A stretch of DNA of 64,000 nt. Origin: Botryllus schlosseri. Its lineage: Eukaryota. Shown one piece after another: positions 1 to 11,280 of this stretch. The notes below the pieces were generated by a model, which did not search any database, was not told the DNA's origin, and saw only the letters and a program-made list of their open reading frames with translations. A program made the position numbers and the translations under genes. The stretch is from contig CM119371.1 in NCBI GenBank assembly GCA_051294905.1, positions 36,954,001-37,018,000 of the forward strand, written 5' to 3'. Positions within the stretch are counted from its first letter, which is position 1. Each line of letters opens with the position of its first letter.

Positions 1-89
1 TAGATAATTTGGATCAAGATGAAGATCTTAATATAGCAGGCATAATGATGAAGATGAAGAAATCAAAGATGATTCAGAACGTAGAGTAT

Positions 90-550
90 TCCATCAACAC
101 AAGTTGATTGATCAGACATACGCTTTGGGACTTGGAAGATAAATATTCGGAACTTTTAGCATCCTTGCGAATTGAGAAAAGATTAATACTTGGCGAGAGA
201 GCAAAGATATCTCACTTTCTGTCATCAGAAACGGCGTTTTCATCATAGGGCTACTTTCGGCAGCTTTGTGTATTGCCGTGGTACTGACATTGGCATGATA
301 CTGTTACCATGGGTTGGTGGAGGAGTTAGGAATCCCGATTCACAACTCTAGTGAATGGCAAATGTCAATATTGGTATCTCAAAAAAGATCCTAAAAAGTG
401 ACATTCTCGAAAATGGCAATGTCTTAGGTGCAGTAACAATTGCACACTCAGTTAGTCTTCGTGGATAATACAGAAACATTGAATTGTTGCAATATCACAA
501 GCACGATTGGATGATATGTGCCAGCTTCAAAATATTGTGTATGCCTATTT
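90..550 (+). pseudogene. Degraded DNA-transposase fragment, Chapaev3/CMC-like
   Basis: Frame-broken translation gives ...SELLAS...KISHF...EELGIPIHNSSEW...NGNVLGAVTIAHSV...YHKHDWMIC. This resembles the ELLASRL...EWRLFIDSSK.SLK.VLLHNGN...IAHSV...W.ICGD blocks I recall from Chapaev3-type transposases. Stops and frameshifts are present. Confidence 0.5.
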
Positions 551-711
551 TCAGTTGTCAGACAATAAGGATGCACATATTGCACATGTACTCTTGATAT
601 AAATGTGCCACTGCACAGCCATATGTCTGTGTCGGACAGCAGACATTCAAAAAAGCTAAAATATCTAAATCAAAAATCACCAGTGTCAGTGTTTACCAGT
701 GTCATTGATAA

Positions 712-990
712 GGATAGGACCCTCGTCCCCAACCTTTGACCGAATGTCATAAACCCTCAACCGTGGACTGACCTTATCGTGAACATACCGATCATATTTT
801 GAACGTAGACACTGATCTTACTGTCAACATATAACATAATCACAGCAAACCTCCTCGTACTGACCTGACTGACACTGACAGTTTTCTATAATACCCACTT
901 CCACGATATTGTTGTTATTGTAATCACATCACGGCCAACACTAAACGGCGGACCGAGCCGACCGTAAACAGGCGGAACTTGCAATGCTGA
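712..990. repeat. Dispersed repeat; inverted copy at ~28430-28685
   Basis: ggataggaccct...ccctcaaccgtggactgacc...taatcacatcacggccaacactaaacggcggacc is the diverged reverse complement of 28430-28685. Confidence 0.7.
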
Positions 991-1494
991 TCCGGTACCG
1001 ATTGTCAATTTTTGTTCACCGACGTTTATCGGCCGCTGATAATGATCATGCACTGGACGAGTGTACCTTTTTCGACGTGGTACACCCTTTGAACGTTTCC
1101 TCAACACTCGTACACCCCTGTTCATTAGGGGTCTTCAAAAATAACTTTTTTTCTCAAATCGTACTGGCTACTTGATAAAATTGTTAGGTTACCTAACTTA
1201 AGCCTACACACCAAATTTGGTTCAATTCCAACCAGTAGCCGCATTGCTACGGGAGAAGAAAGTTTTTATTTATTATATAAAAATAAATAACGAAAGATTT
1301 GAATTTTTTCTGTTCACGCCATGAAAGCATTAGGTCAGTGGTTCCCAACCTTTTTCCAGCCACGTACCATTTTGAGGTTTTATGCAGTGCTCGCGTACCA
1401 CCTATATAAGTTACTCGCGTTTCCACCATTTATGACGTCATACTCACGTATTAGGCCTATGCGAGGTGTATTAACCAATTCTATTAAACTAGGC

Positions 1495-2779
1495 CAGGGA
1501 TGTCAAACATACGGCCCGTGGGCCGGATCCGGCCGCCAGACGATTTTATCCGGCCCGCATAGCAATTCTGAGTACATTGAAAAAAGATTATATTATACAT
1601 CACATCCACATTAATAAACCAAATTATAACGTCCGCGTTGACAGTTAAATATCTTGTATTCATCACAACGCATACGCAGGGCTAACGCCAGATTATGACT
1701 AACGCAGGGGTGGCCAACCTTTTTGCCATTCACGGCCGCATTTCGACCACTCGCGTAGCCTACGGTTGTATTCCAGGGCATAGTCGTAATGAACGAGCTG
1801 GACGCCAAATACCCAGGTTAAAGTGTCTATGTCCATTTCTGGTGTACTCCGGACAAATCTATTTAATGATAGGCTCACTATGCGCACCAAAATCGCGAGT
1901 GGTCACTGGTAATGTTAAGGAAGTAAGTGCTCATAGTCGCGCGAAGCGCGAAAAAAATTCAGATTCACCAATGAATATCGTCATTGATATTAGTAGTTTA
2001 TGAAACATTTATCCTTTCTCATCCCGTGTGATCAGATTCACTGGTATAGAGTTGATGTAGGGGAGTTTTCGAAAATTTAAAGCAAGTTATAAATTATGAT
2101 GCATCTTCGGGTGGGCCAATTGGTATTAGTCACTTTGTAGCATGCTGTTATTTCTTGACCTCTTATCAGGATTGTTAGTATAGTGAGGAGCACACGATTC
2201 CGAGCTGATATTTCCATGTGAGGCGCATCATTTTCACTGATGTTTGCATCTGTATTGTGGGGCTCTGATTGCAAAGGGTGATACTATATAAAAATCGAAA
2301 AACGTAGTTGCATTGAATCGCGCGCAGCGTGAAGAAAATTTCAAGAATAATTAAAATCTTTCAAGAAATCGGGATTCAATTCGGAAATTCGAATTGCATG
2401 TCGACGGCCACCAACACATACTAATTGAATTCCGTGTCTACGGCCGCAGGTTGGCCACCTCTGGACTAAAGCAAAGGGAACACTGAAATATGACTACTTG
2501 TATCGCCGGTAATGCCATTGTTTTAGCGGTTCTTAACTGTATTCAACCGGACAAACATCGTATTTTCGACAATTTCATTGCTCGCAAATATTGGTGTTGA
2601 GACTCGCTAGAATGAAACCCCTACGGTCCGTGTATTATCTATATATGCTTGATAATAAAGTATTCCAGCGAGAAGCAATGGCACGAGGCAACATTTTGGA
2701 TTCCGTTGACTGGTCCGGCCAGCGAGCGATTTCATGACTTCGATCCGACCCGCGATGCAATTTGAGCTTGACACCTCTG
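1495..2779. mobile_element. hAT MITE nested in 1336-3236
   Basis: Termini CAGGGATGTCAA / TTGACACCTCTG; TSD aactaggc / aactagcc (7 of 8). Confidence 0.8.
1705..2463. mobile_element. hAT MITE nested in 1495-2779
   Basis: Termini CAGGGGTGGCCAACC / GGTTGGCCACCTCTG; TSD gactaacg / gactaaag (7 of 8). Confidence 0.8.
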
Positions 2780-2913
2780 AACTAGCCATTATCAGCCAGG
2801 GTTGATGGAATGTATGGAATTGTGTTTTTCACCACCAGTCACAAGAAGAACAACATAATGAAATAAAAACACAGCACAACAAAAAGTCAATTTATTTAAT
2901 GCGATGGCTGTAC

Positions 2914-3095
2914 TTATTTATTTTCCACTAGCTTGTCGATGCGTGGCATACGTTTGCTTACAGCGCATCGAAAGTCATGTATGTTCGCAACAAGTCGGTT
3001 TCGTTTCTTCGACTTGATAGCAATCAGGGGTGAAAATCCTTGCTCGCATTCCCACGTATAAGGGAAAATTAGCAGCTGGGGAATAGCGCGGGACG
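2914..3095 (-). pseudogene. hAT transposase C-terminal dimerisation-domain remnant
   Basis: LLIFPYTWECEQGFSPLIAIKSKKRNRL matches the Charlie/ZBED5-type motif F.STY.CE.GFS....K.K.RNRL. Confidence 0.8.
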
Positions 3096-3616
3096 ACGGC
3101 TTCAAAAAAACTCAAAATCAACCTCACCTGAACTAATTACTCCCTTCGGTCGAAAAAAGCAGAATCTACTCGCGTACCACCTGGAAGACCTTCGCGTACC
3201 ACTAGTGGTACGCGTACCACAGGTTGGGAACCACTGCATTAGGTTGTCTATAAAAACGATGTTCTTCAAATTTGGTTCAATTCTAACCAGTAGAAGCGGA
3301 GTTATTGCCGTCAACAAATTTGGATTGGAATAAAATAGTATTTGGTCACAGAGTCTATTCGCAGCCAGTTAAGCCGCCCACCACGCAATTTGGAATTTAT
3401 TTCGTGTCAGCCCAAAAACAGCATGACATTACGAACGATAATCAACCTAAATGTAACAGTATTGGAGAGAGAGTAGATAAAGCCACTGCTGCAGAAGCGG
3501 TATTTCAGATCAGCGATGATAGCAGGCGCACCAGCCTACTGCGTATCAGTCCTGCCCAACATCACACACAGTCGATTGTAGCACTTGGGCTGCAAGAGAT
3601 GTCAGTAACCTCAGAT

Positions 3617-4242
3617 CATAGTGTCCTATATGGTGTCGACACAGGCAAATCTCACGCCTCAGTGAAATTGTATCACGTCACAATTTCCATTTGGCTACAG
3701 GCAATTTGACGGTCATTTCTGACCGGCTTGCCAAGCATTAAATTTGGTAAAACGGGTATTAATCGAAAGCTGACTCTCCACTGATTACGAAAATATAAAT
3801 TTTATTCCGCTCGTATCCCTGGAACTCCCACAATCAGCCTCGAATTTTTCATTGTTATGGAGATTGGCATTGTGACGCAACAATGGTGTCTGGCTCTTTT
3901 TCTCTTGAGCTACTCTCTCGTTTCGCCAGACAGCATTGTTACGTCCTGAGCTACTCTCTCGTTTCGCCAGGCAGCATTGTTGCGTATCAATGCCAATCTC
4001 CATAACAATGAAAAATTCGAGGCTGATTGTGGGAGTTCCTGGGCCACGAGCGGAATAAAATTTATATTTTCGTAATCAGTGGAGAATCAGCTTTCGATTG
4101 ATACCCGTTTTACCAAATTTAATGCTCGGCAAGCCGGTCAAAATGACCGTCAAATTGCCTGTAGCCAAATGGAAATTGTGACGTGATACAATTTCACTGA
4201 GGCATGAGATTTGCCTGTGTTGACACCATATAGGACACTATG
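3617..4242. mobile_element. Foldback MITE, P-superfamily-like
   Basis: Almost fully palindromic 626 bp; CATAGTGTCC...GGACACTATG ends; 7-bp TSD ctcagat. Confidence 0.85.
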
Positions 4243-5056
4243 CTCAGATCGTATGCCGCTATACACAGTCTATTGTCGCTAATTTGCATCACTAATAACA
4301 AAATACTAAATTGCAAATGTATGGCGAAATATCGGACATAAAATCGGCATTTTAAAACAAAAGGGTTTCGATTTCAACATGGAAGCTGTTTCGACCCTGG
4401 CTGGCTACGTCACTTCATTTATGTGCATTGCGGTATTTATTAACGTCGGGTAGGAAGTACCGATTCAAGAAGTCTGAGCTATCGCGGCGGTTTCCTCAAA
4501 AATCACCAAAAGACAAATGACTAGCTGAACACATGTTTGTTAACTGCATACTTTCCAACACCAAACGGAACCATCGGTCTATTGCCGACGGCTAAATGAC
4601 TAGGAGAAATATTTGCTTATGATATCACAATCAAGCGGTGTACAGTATTACACTTGAGATAACATCGTACCATATTGCTTATTAACCTGTGCGTCAACCT
4701 GTACTGACCCATAAACCTGCATTTGTGATAGCTAGCCATCGGCTCATTGTAATTCGGATCTGGTACACCCCTGTACACCCCATCCGAGTGGTACACCCTT
4801 CGCAAATTCTGGTACACCCTAGGGTGTACGACAACCCCGGTTGAAGAGCACTGTTCTATAGTACGACTGTACTGTGGGCCAAAGAATATAGAAGGACAAG
4901 AAGTGCGAGGTCAGTGTGTCGTCATTTCATTGTTACGTAGGACGTCAGCCATTTTGGTCTCAGAAGCTGCTGCCGTCTGCCTATAATTTGCCTATAGACG
5001 CGCTCGCCGGTTCTACTGAAATTGACATTTTGGGTGATTTCGCGCTTTATTTATAA

Positions 5057-5960
5057 AGTCCGGGTATCAGTGATTAATTTATACTCTAACTTATCATTAC
5101 TAAGAAACTGAAACGAACGCTAGCCCAGGAATATATTAAAATAATTAGGAAATGTTCATGGTACAGAACTTGAAGATTATGGTTTCATATCGCAACACCC
5201 ATTGCAATAGTACATTTAGTCTTAAAGTTATGGCAAATGTATAATATTGCAAGAGATGTTGTGATAAAAAAGTAATGCAATATAGTTCAAACTACAATTA
5301 TATATATACACATAATGCCGAGTATAATGACAGCCACAACAAGAACAAACAAAGAGTAGAATAAGATTAGCCTAAAGGAACAATATGACAATTTACTATA
5401 TGATATTTGGAGATCCATAATGGAAATAGCATTCCAATAATTTGCGAAAAGTCCGAGTATCAGGGTTTAATTTATAATCTATTATTACCAAGAAACTGAA
5501 ACGAACCCAGCTATAACCCGAGAATACATGCAAAAATTAATGACTGTTCGTGGTACAGAACTTGAAGACTGGTTTCATCACAACACCCATTGCAATAATA
5601 CGTTTACCCTTCAAGTTATGGTAAATGTATGTTATTGCAATAGATGTTGTGATCAAAAAGCAATGCAATATAATATAAATAACAATTATATATAACAAAT
5701 GTAATGTCGAATACCAATTGCAACAACACTAACAAAGAAACAGTAAGACTATAAAGCGACAATAAATATGACAATACGAATAATACAACAATTAAAATGC
5801 AATAAATTAGAAATAACAAATATTTATATATAACTTCGAATATAATGGCATTAATCGCAAGCACGCGAACAAAGGAACATTATGAATAAAGGAGCAATAA
5901 ATATGAAAGTACTAGCCTATATATGATATTGAGAAATCCATAGTATAGAAATAGCAGTCG
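5057..5960. repeat. Imperfect ~390-bp tandem duplication in the P-1 3' subterminal region
   Basis: aagtccg(g/a)gtatcag...aagaaactgaaacgaac...ggtacagaacttgaaga...caacacccattgcaata occurs at ~5057 and ~5449. Confidence 0.75.
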
Positions 5961-7655
5961 AAAAAGTAGCGAAACGTGTATCGTGGCCGGAAAATCAGCT
6001 CCTAAATACTAGAAAAGCAGTAACTTATAAGGCAAGAACTTAGCAGTGTTCGAAGTATTTGTCTCACTTAATATTTGAACGTGTGGTCAATTTCCCTGCA
6101 TGACTGTGTGCATTCGATTTCCTCGATACATTTCTTGCATAAGCATGCAGTCTTAATTTAATGTATCGGAGCGCCATTCTGGAAAAGGCGACATTAGCGT
6201 GGCACGGGGGGAAATCATTTGGTTTCGAAAGTTTTTCAAAAATTAACAGATCAGGTGAATTTTCGAACCGCGCCAAATCTATATTACTGCGAAAAATTGT
6301 TTCTATAATCCGGAAAAAACGGAGCATTGACGGAGTCGGGTGGGTTAAGTATTCATCCTCATTTGCAATTGACAAATTTCCATCCTTAGTGTAGGACCGT
6401 ATGACTGTTAAATTTGAAGAACTGTGAGATGAACGGAGAACCGGTTCCTGTACGGAAAAATGCGAGCGACAACTCTCGCACTCTGAATGCTTGATTTCCT
6501 TAGCGATCACCCAGCCGCAAACGTAATAGTGGGCGTTTACTTCTCCTTCGTCCAGGCAAGCGTCGGCAAGTAACTTCAAATTTTCTTCCACTTCGTGTCT
6601 CTCCTCCTGTTCTTGATTTTTGTGGTTGTCCACCGCCGATTTCAAAAAATCTATCAAATTCGCTGAATCATCCTGCTCACAATTCTCCCCTCTGCTGCAT
6701 CCCATGTACTGCGATACGCAAATGAGTTTTAAGGCGTTACGGAATTGTATCGCTTTCGGGTGTGATTGACCACGGCTTCTTATCTGCAAAATATATATAC
6801 TATTATAATGTCAAGCATATTTCTGTTACTTCAGCGCAGAATAGATAATACCACATAATAGCCTACCTGCGCAAAAAGATTCTCTACGGCATCTTGCGTG
6901 AGGCGGCCAGTGAGAAGGTATTTTAGTTCACCTCCGATTACCAGCGTCTGATGGAGATAGAGGACGCTTTGGGAGGACATCAATATCCCGGTCTGGACAG
7001 GCTTCCATCCTGGCTTCGAAAATACGAGGTCCGCAGTCATTTTGATAGCCTTCGATTTTAATTACGATTATAGTGGATAATTGTGATGAGCCATTGCAAA
7101 ATATCAAATTACCATTTCGATTGATTGTATTTTTGCATCGGAGGTGGCAAATAAACCTTCTACTGGCCTTCTAACATTCATCAAATCGAACCAATTATTG
7201 TAAAATTCGCAGAAAAAGGCAGTTGTCTCTGCATCCTTGTTAACAGCACCGCAAGCGTGCATTGCTCGTAGAGCAGACGCGGTGCTGTGACTGAGTACCT
7301 GGAATAAATATGATATGGTATATCCAAAACCAACAGATGCATAGGCCTATAGGCCTACATGAAATGCAATATCATGACGAATATTGATATCTCACTTGAG
7401 CAGCAGTGCAAACTCTCATCTTTTCCAGTTTTGTCGGGTGGACGTGTTTTTGAGTAAGTTTTGGTGCCATTTTCAGTTCCTTACCCTCCTGGTAGTTGAC
7501 TAATTCCTTGACGTAAGATGAAGAAACCTAAATTGCGGAGATGATTGTGATGGTTTAAAAATATTAATATTAGTACGTCCTACCATACCGTTGCGGAAGT
7601 TAATGGGACATCTGGTATTGTCAATGCATATTCAAGCAAGTAAATCTCATTGGAT

Positions 7656-9290
7656 TGTAGCGTCCCTGATACGGCATGGAAACCTAACAGGGACTTCGTC
7701 GTGTTCGTGCTTTCGGGACCTCACCTTTCCGCGATCGCACGCACCGGTAACACAAATCCGCATTGCTTAATACGCATATATTCACATAACGACATAACAC
7801 CGCAAAACATACACTGGCATAATACTCAACCAACTACGTTACACAACATACATAAATCACTGCACACACCCCAGTAGCCCTGTCAACCCCAGACACTTCC
7901 TACTGGCTACTCCACTTGCACTACTACTTCAACTTCAGACCCCAACATACTCGCTCACAACCAGCACCTCCAGCCACACTCCCAGCCAGACCAAGAACTT
8001 CTCCTTCTACCAGACTTCCACGTGCAACTCTCCTACCGAACATTCTAGAAACAGCTCAATGACAGCACAATGTGATTACCAGAGCGTTACACTACCCTCC
8101 CCTTTCTTGATTAGATTTTCTGAAAAGAATATCTTAATCACCTAATCAACATGCATCAATCATCACGACTGCATAAAATATCACATTGAAGCAATAAACG
8201 ACCCGCGATTCCGTGAGTAGGCTACACTTCTCCGACTGTTCCCCCACATCACAGCATGTCGCACCAGTTCACAGCAGCCTCGGCCGTCGGTCCCCATTCC
8301 ACAGCTGTTCGCATCAAAGCAGCTCTCAACGAGATGCACCTTCACTGTCACCAATGACCTTTCCCGGAAGGCAACACCTGATTCCATGCCGCAGCAGACA
8401 CCGACACATTAGCCAATGTTGTCTTCATCTCGAGACCCCCACTGACATTTCCCGGTCCCGGTAACCTCTGCGCAGCAACACAGCGCTTTTCCAGCTCCAC
8501 CACAGCCATGACCCGACGAGTCACTGCATTCGACCGACACGCCCATAATGTGTGACATTGACGACCGCCACGTCGTCTTCCAGCCAAGACCAGCATACTC
8601 AGGCTCCATCAATCAATGTTCACTGTTCATAACACAGCCTTCCGCAGGCTCCGACAATCAATGTCCTGTTCATAAACACAGCCTTCCGCAGGCTCCGGCA
8701 ATCAATGTCCCGTTCATAAACACGGCCTTCCCCAACAGCACGATATCACCAGTCTCTTGTCGTAATTCCCATGCATACGAAACAAATCTTCCGATTATCA
8801 CCATGTACCGGTACGGCAACCACGAAAATGAACAAGCTCCTGGCGTGCTCGCCAATTGTAGCGTCCCTGATACGGCATGGAAACCTAACAGGGACTTCGT
8901 CGTGTTCGTGCGCTCGGGACCTCACCTTTCCGCGATCGCACGCACCGGTAACACAAATCCGCATTGCTTAATACATATATTCATATAACGACATAAAACC
9001 GCAAAACATACACTGGCATAATACTCAACCAACTACGTTACACAACATACATAAATCACTGCACACACCCCAGTAGCCCTGTCAACCCCAGACATTTCCT
9101 ACTGCCTACTCCACTTGCACTACTACTTCAACTTCAGACCCCAACATACTCGCTCACAACCAGCACCTCCAGCCACACTCCCAGCCAGACCAAGAACTTC
9201 TCCTTCTACCAGACTTCCACGTGCAACTCTCCTACCGAACATTCTAGAAACAGCTCAATGACAGCACAATGTGATTACCAGAGCGTTACA
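7656..9290 (-). mobile_element. Short non-autonomous LTR retroelement (TRIM-like)
   Basis: Near-identical TG...CA LTRs at 7656-8091 and 8857-9290; 4-bp TSD ggat. The minus strand has PBS TGGCGAGCACGCCAGGAG (tRNA-Arg-like) and PPT AAGAAAGGGGAGGGTAG. The ~765-bp interior has no pol. Confidence 0.92.
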
Positions 9291-9681
9291 GGATAAAAAT
9301 GAGGACCGTAAATTTTTTATAAGATGAGGGACATCAGTCACGAAACATAGCTTCGCGCCATCAAGATGCGGATGGTCAACCAATGACGATACTTGATTTC
9401 TAGTTGGTTAAAACGTTCGCAGTTAGTTGAACTGACAAAGGCGATCCATACTAATCGTCACCAAACCTTCCCGTTTTGATTTTGGCAGATCGCCACATTG
9501 CTTGATTGGATGGCCCCATATCACTCACGACAGCAGCGACGAACATTCCTCGTCGACCCAACTCTTTGATCAATGTTTTTGTCACTTCCCACAATTGATC
9601 GCCAGATACCGAATTTCCCGTGAAATAATAAGCTGTTAAATTCAATATGAATTTTCCCTAAGATGTGTATTCTCTATATAA

Positions 9682-11280
9682 CAGTGGTTCTCAACCTTTT
9701 TCACCTCGCGGACCGGTGAACTTTCACAATTGAAATGAAGCCAAAAGTATGCAACCGTTTTTGAAATTATATGGTGCTAGAGAGTGACGAGATTTATAGA
9801 GTTTTGATCGCATAAAATTATCTTTATGACGGCATCCATGTGATGTTATGGTAGCTAGTCTGCTGAGTCGAGGTAAAATTGCCTTGTCGAGATAAACGTG
9901 CTACCGCAGAGAGTCTTTTACAGTTTTTCGCGCCGAAGGCCGCGGGCCTAACCGACCACGCCAACTCGAATAATATTCTTCTCTTTGACAATATCGAAAG
10001 AAGAAGCGTTACGGAGTCGAACCAAGCACCTTGTCGTGCTACCTTGCTCATTCCAAACTGCCACCAGACACATAAGCTAGTCTGGCAACTACGAATACAA
10101 TGCGGCGAATACCGGCCATCCGCAAATCCGGGCCGAACAATCACTTCGTAAGCCCACCCCAAAAAACGGTTGTCTTGGGCCACCACAGGGCGATAAGCCA
10201 AACTTCCGGAGGGCTTCGCTCCCAGACCCTACAGTTAGGTGGATATTTTCACCTGTACTTGTGAGCACATTCATTCTGCTCACCGTAAATGGCGGGTATT
10301 GATCCGTTTATATTTATTTATATTCGAGGTGACCTAAGTCGCGAATGTAATTATTTTCAATTTCATGTTTCCTTTCCCATGATACATGGATGAATAAAAT
10401 ACTTGAAACCCAGCGTTTACGGAGCTTAATCGCGCCAATAGCGAAAATGTTGGGTCATTCATGACTGAATCGGATTTCTCACTGCCGTATTTGTGGCACA
10501 CCTTTCAGAGTCCCATGTCAGCCTAAGCTTGATTATGTGTTGGTAAGTCATGGCGTGGTAATGGCCGACGCCGAATAGCTATTTCCATAAATCATGCGTA
10601 TTTCTCGGAGAAGGGCACCTAATAAGCAAGACATTTAGCGACACTAAATCGCGAAAGGAAATTGAAAAATGTTGGAAAAAGTTTCAAAAGAATACTCTAT
10701 TATTCATGTTCATTTGCAAAATAATTTTTGCTCTTTTTTCAAGCTCGGCCCCTCTCCAATTTGGCGGTTTGGAGTGCCCCAGTTACGGTCCTATACAAAA
10801 TGAATGAACTGAAAACGAATGATCGCGCAAACTGCGCTGCTTAGCGATAAGTCAGCTCGAATCTGTTCTGTAGCCTACTTGTCGCTCGCATGTCGTCAAA
10901 TGACACCTCTTGAACTTAAAGCCAAATCGAACACGTTTCCAGCCCTAATGTTACCTCACGAAGTTCTGAATCATTTTAAAATTTGATGTTTTATTCATTT
11001 TATCAATGGGCGATAGGGCTGTTCAAAAATAACTTTCATCATTTACTGATTAAATTGTCAGGTGACCATAAAAACGCTGCACACCAAATTTGGTTCAATT
11101 CTAACAATTTTAAGACTCCGCAGGTCAGTAAATGGCTGGAACCCAGAAAATAAAAGTTATTTTTGAACAGCCCTAACGGGCAAGCCTTTAACATTGCATC
11201 TTGAAATTAAGGTATAAAATTGTAATATACCTGGCGGACCGGCAGGAATGTCGTCGCGGACCGGCGGTTGAGAACCACTG
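9682..11280. mobile_element. Non-autonomous hAT element in a P-1 intron
   Basis: CAGTGGTTCTCAACC / GGTTGAGAACCACTG; TSD ctatataa / ctttataa. A related copy starts at ~63747. Confidence 0.85.
11016..11173. mobile_element. TA-flanked MITE (Tc1/mariner-type) nested in 9682-11280
   Basis: GGGCTGTTCAAAAATAACT / AGTTATTTTTGAACAGCCC flanked by TA on both sides. Relatives occur at ~1128 and 58408-58862. Confidence 0.8.

Larger units (their letters stand above)
1336..3236. mobile_element. Non-autonomous hAT (Charlie-like) element
   Basis: Termini CAGTGGTTCCCAACC / GGTTGGGAACCACTG, with perfect 8-bp TSD cattaggt (1328-1335, 3237-3244). It interrupts a GGGCTGTTCAAAA-type MITE that starts near 1128. 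Confidence 0.9.
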
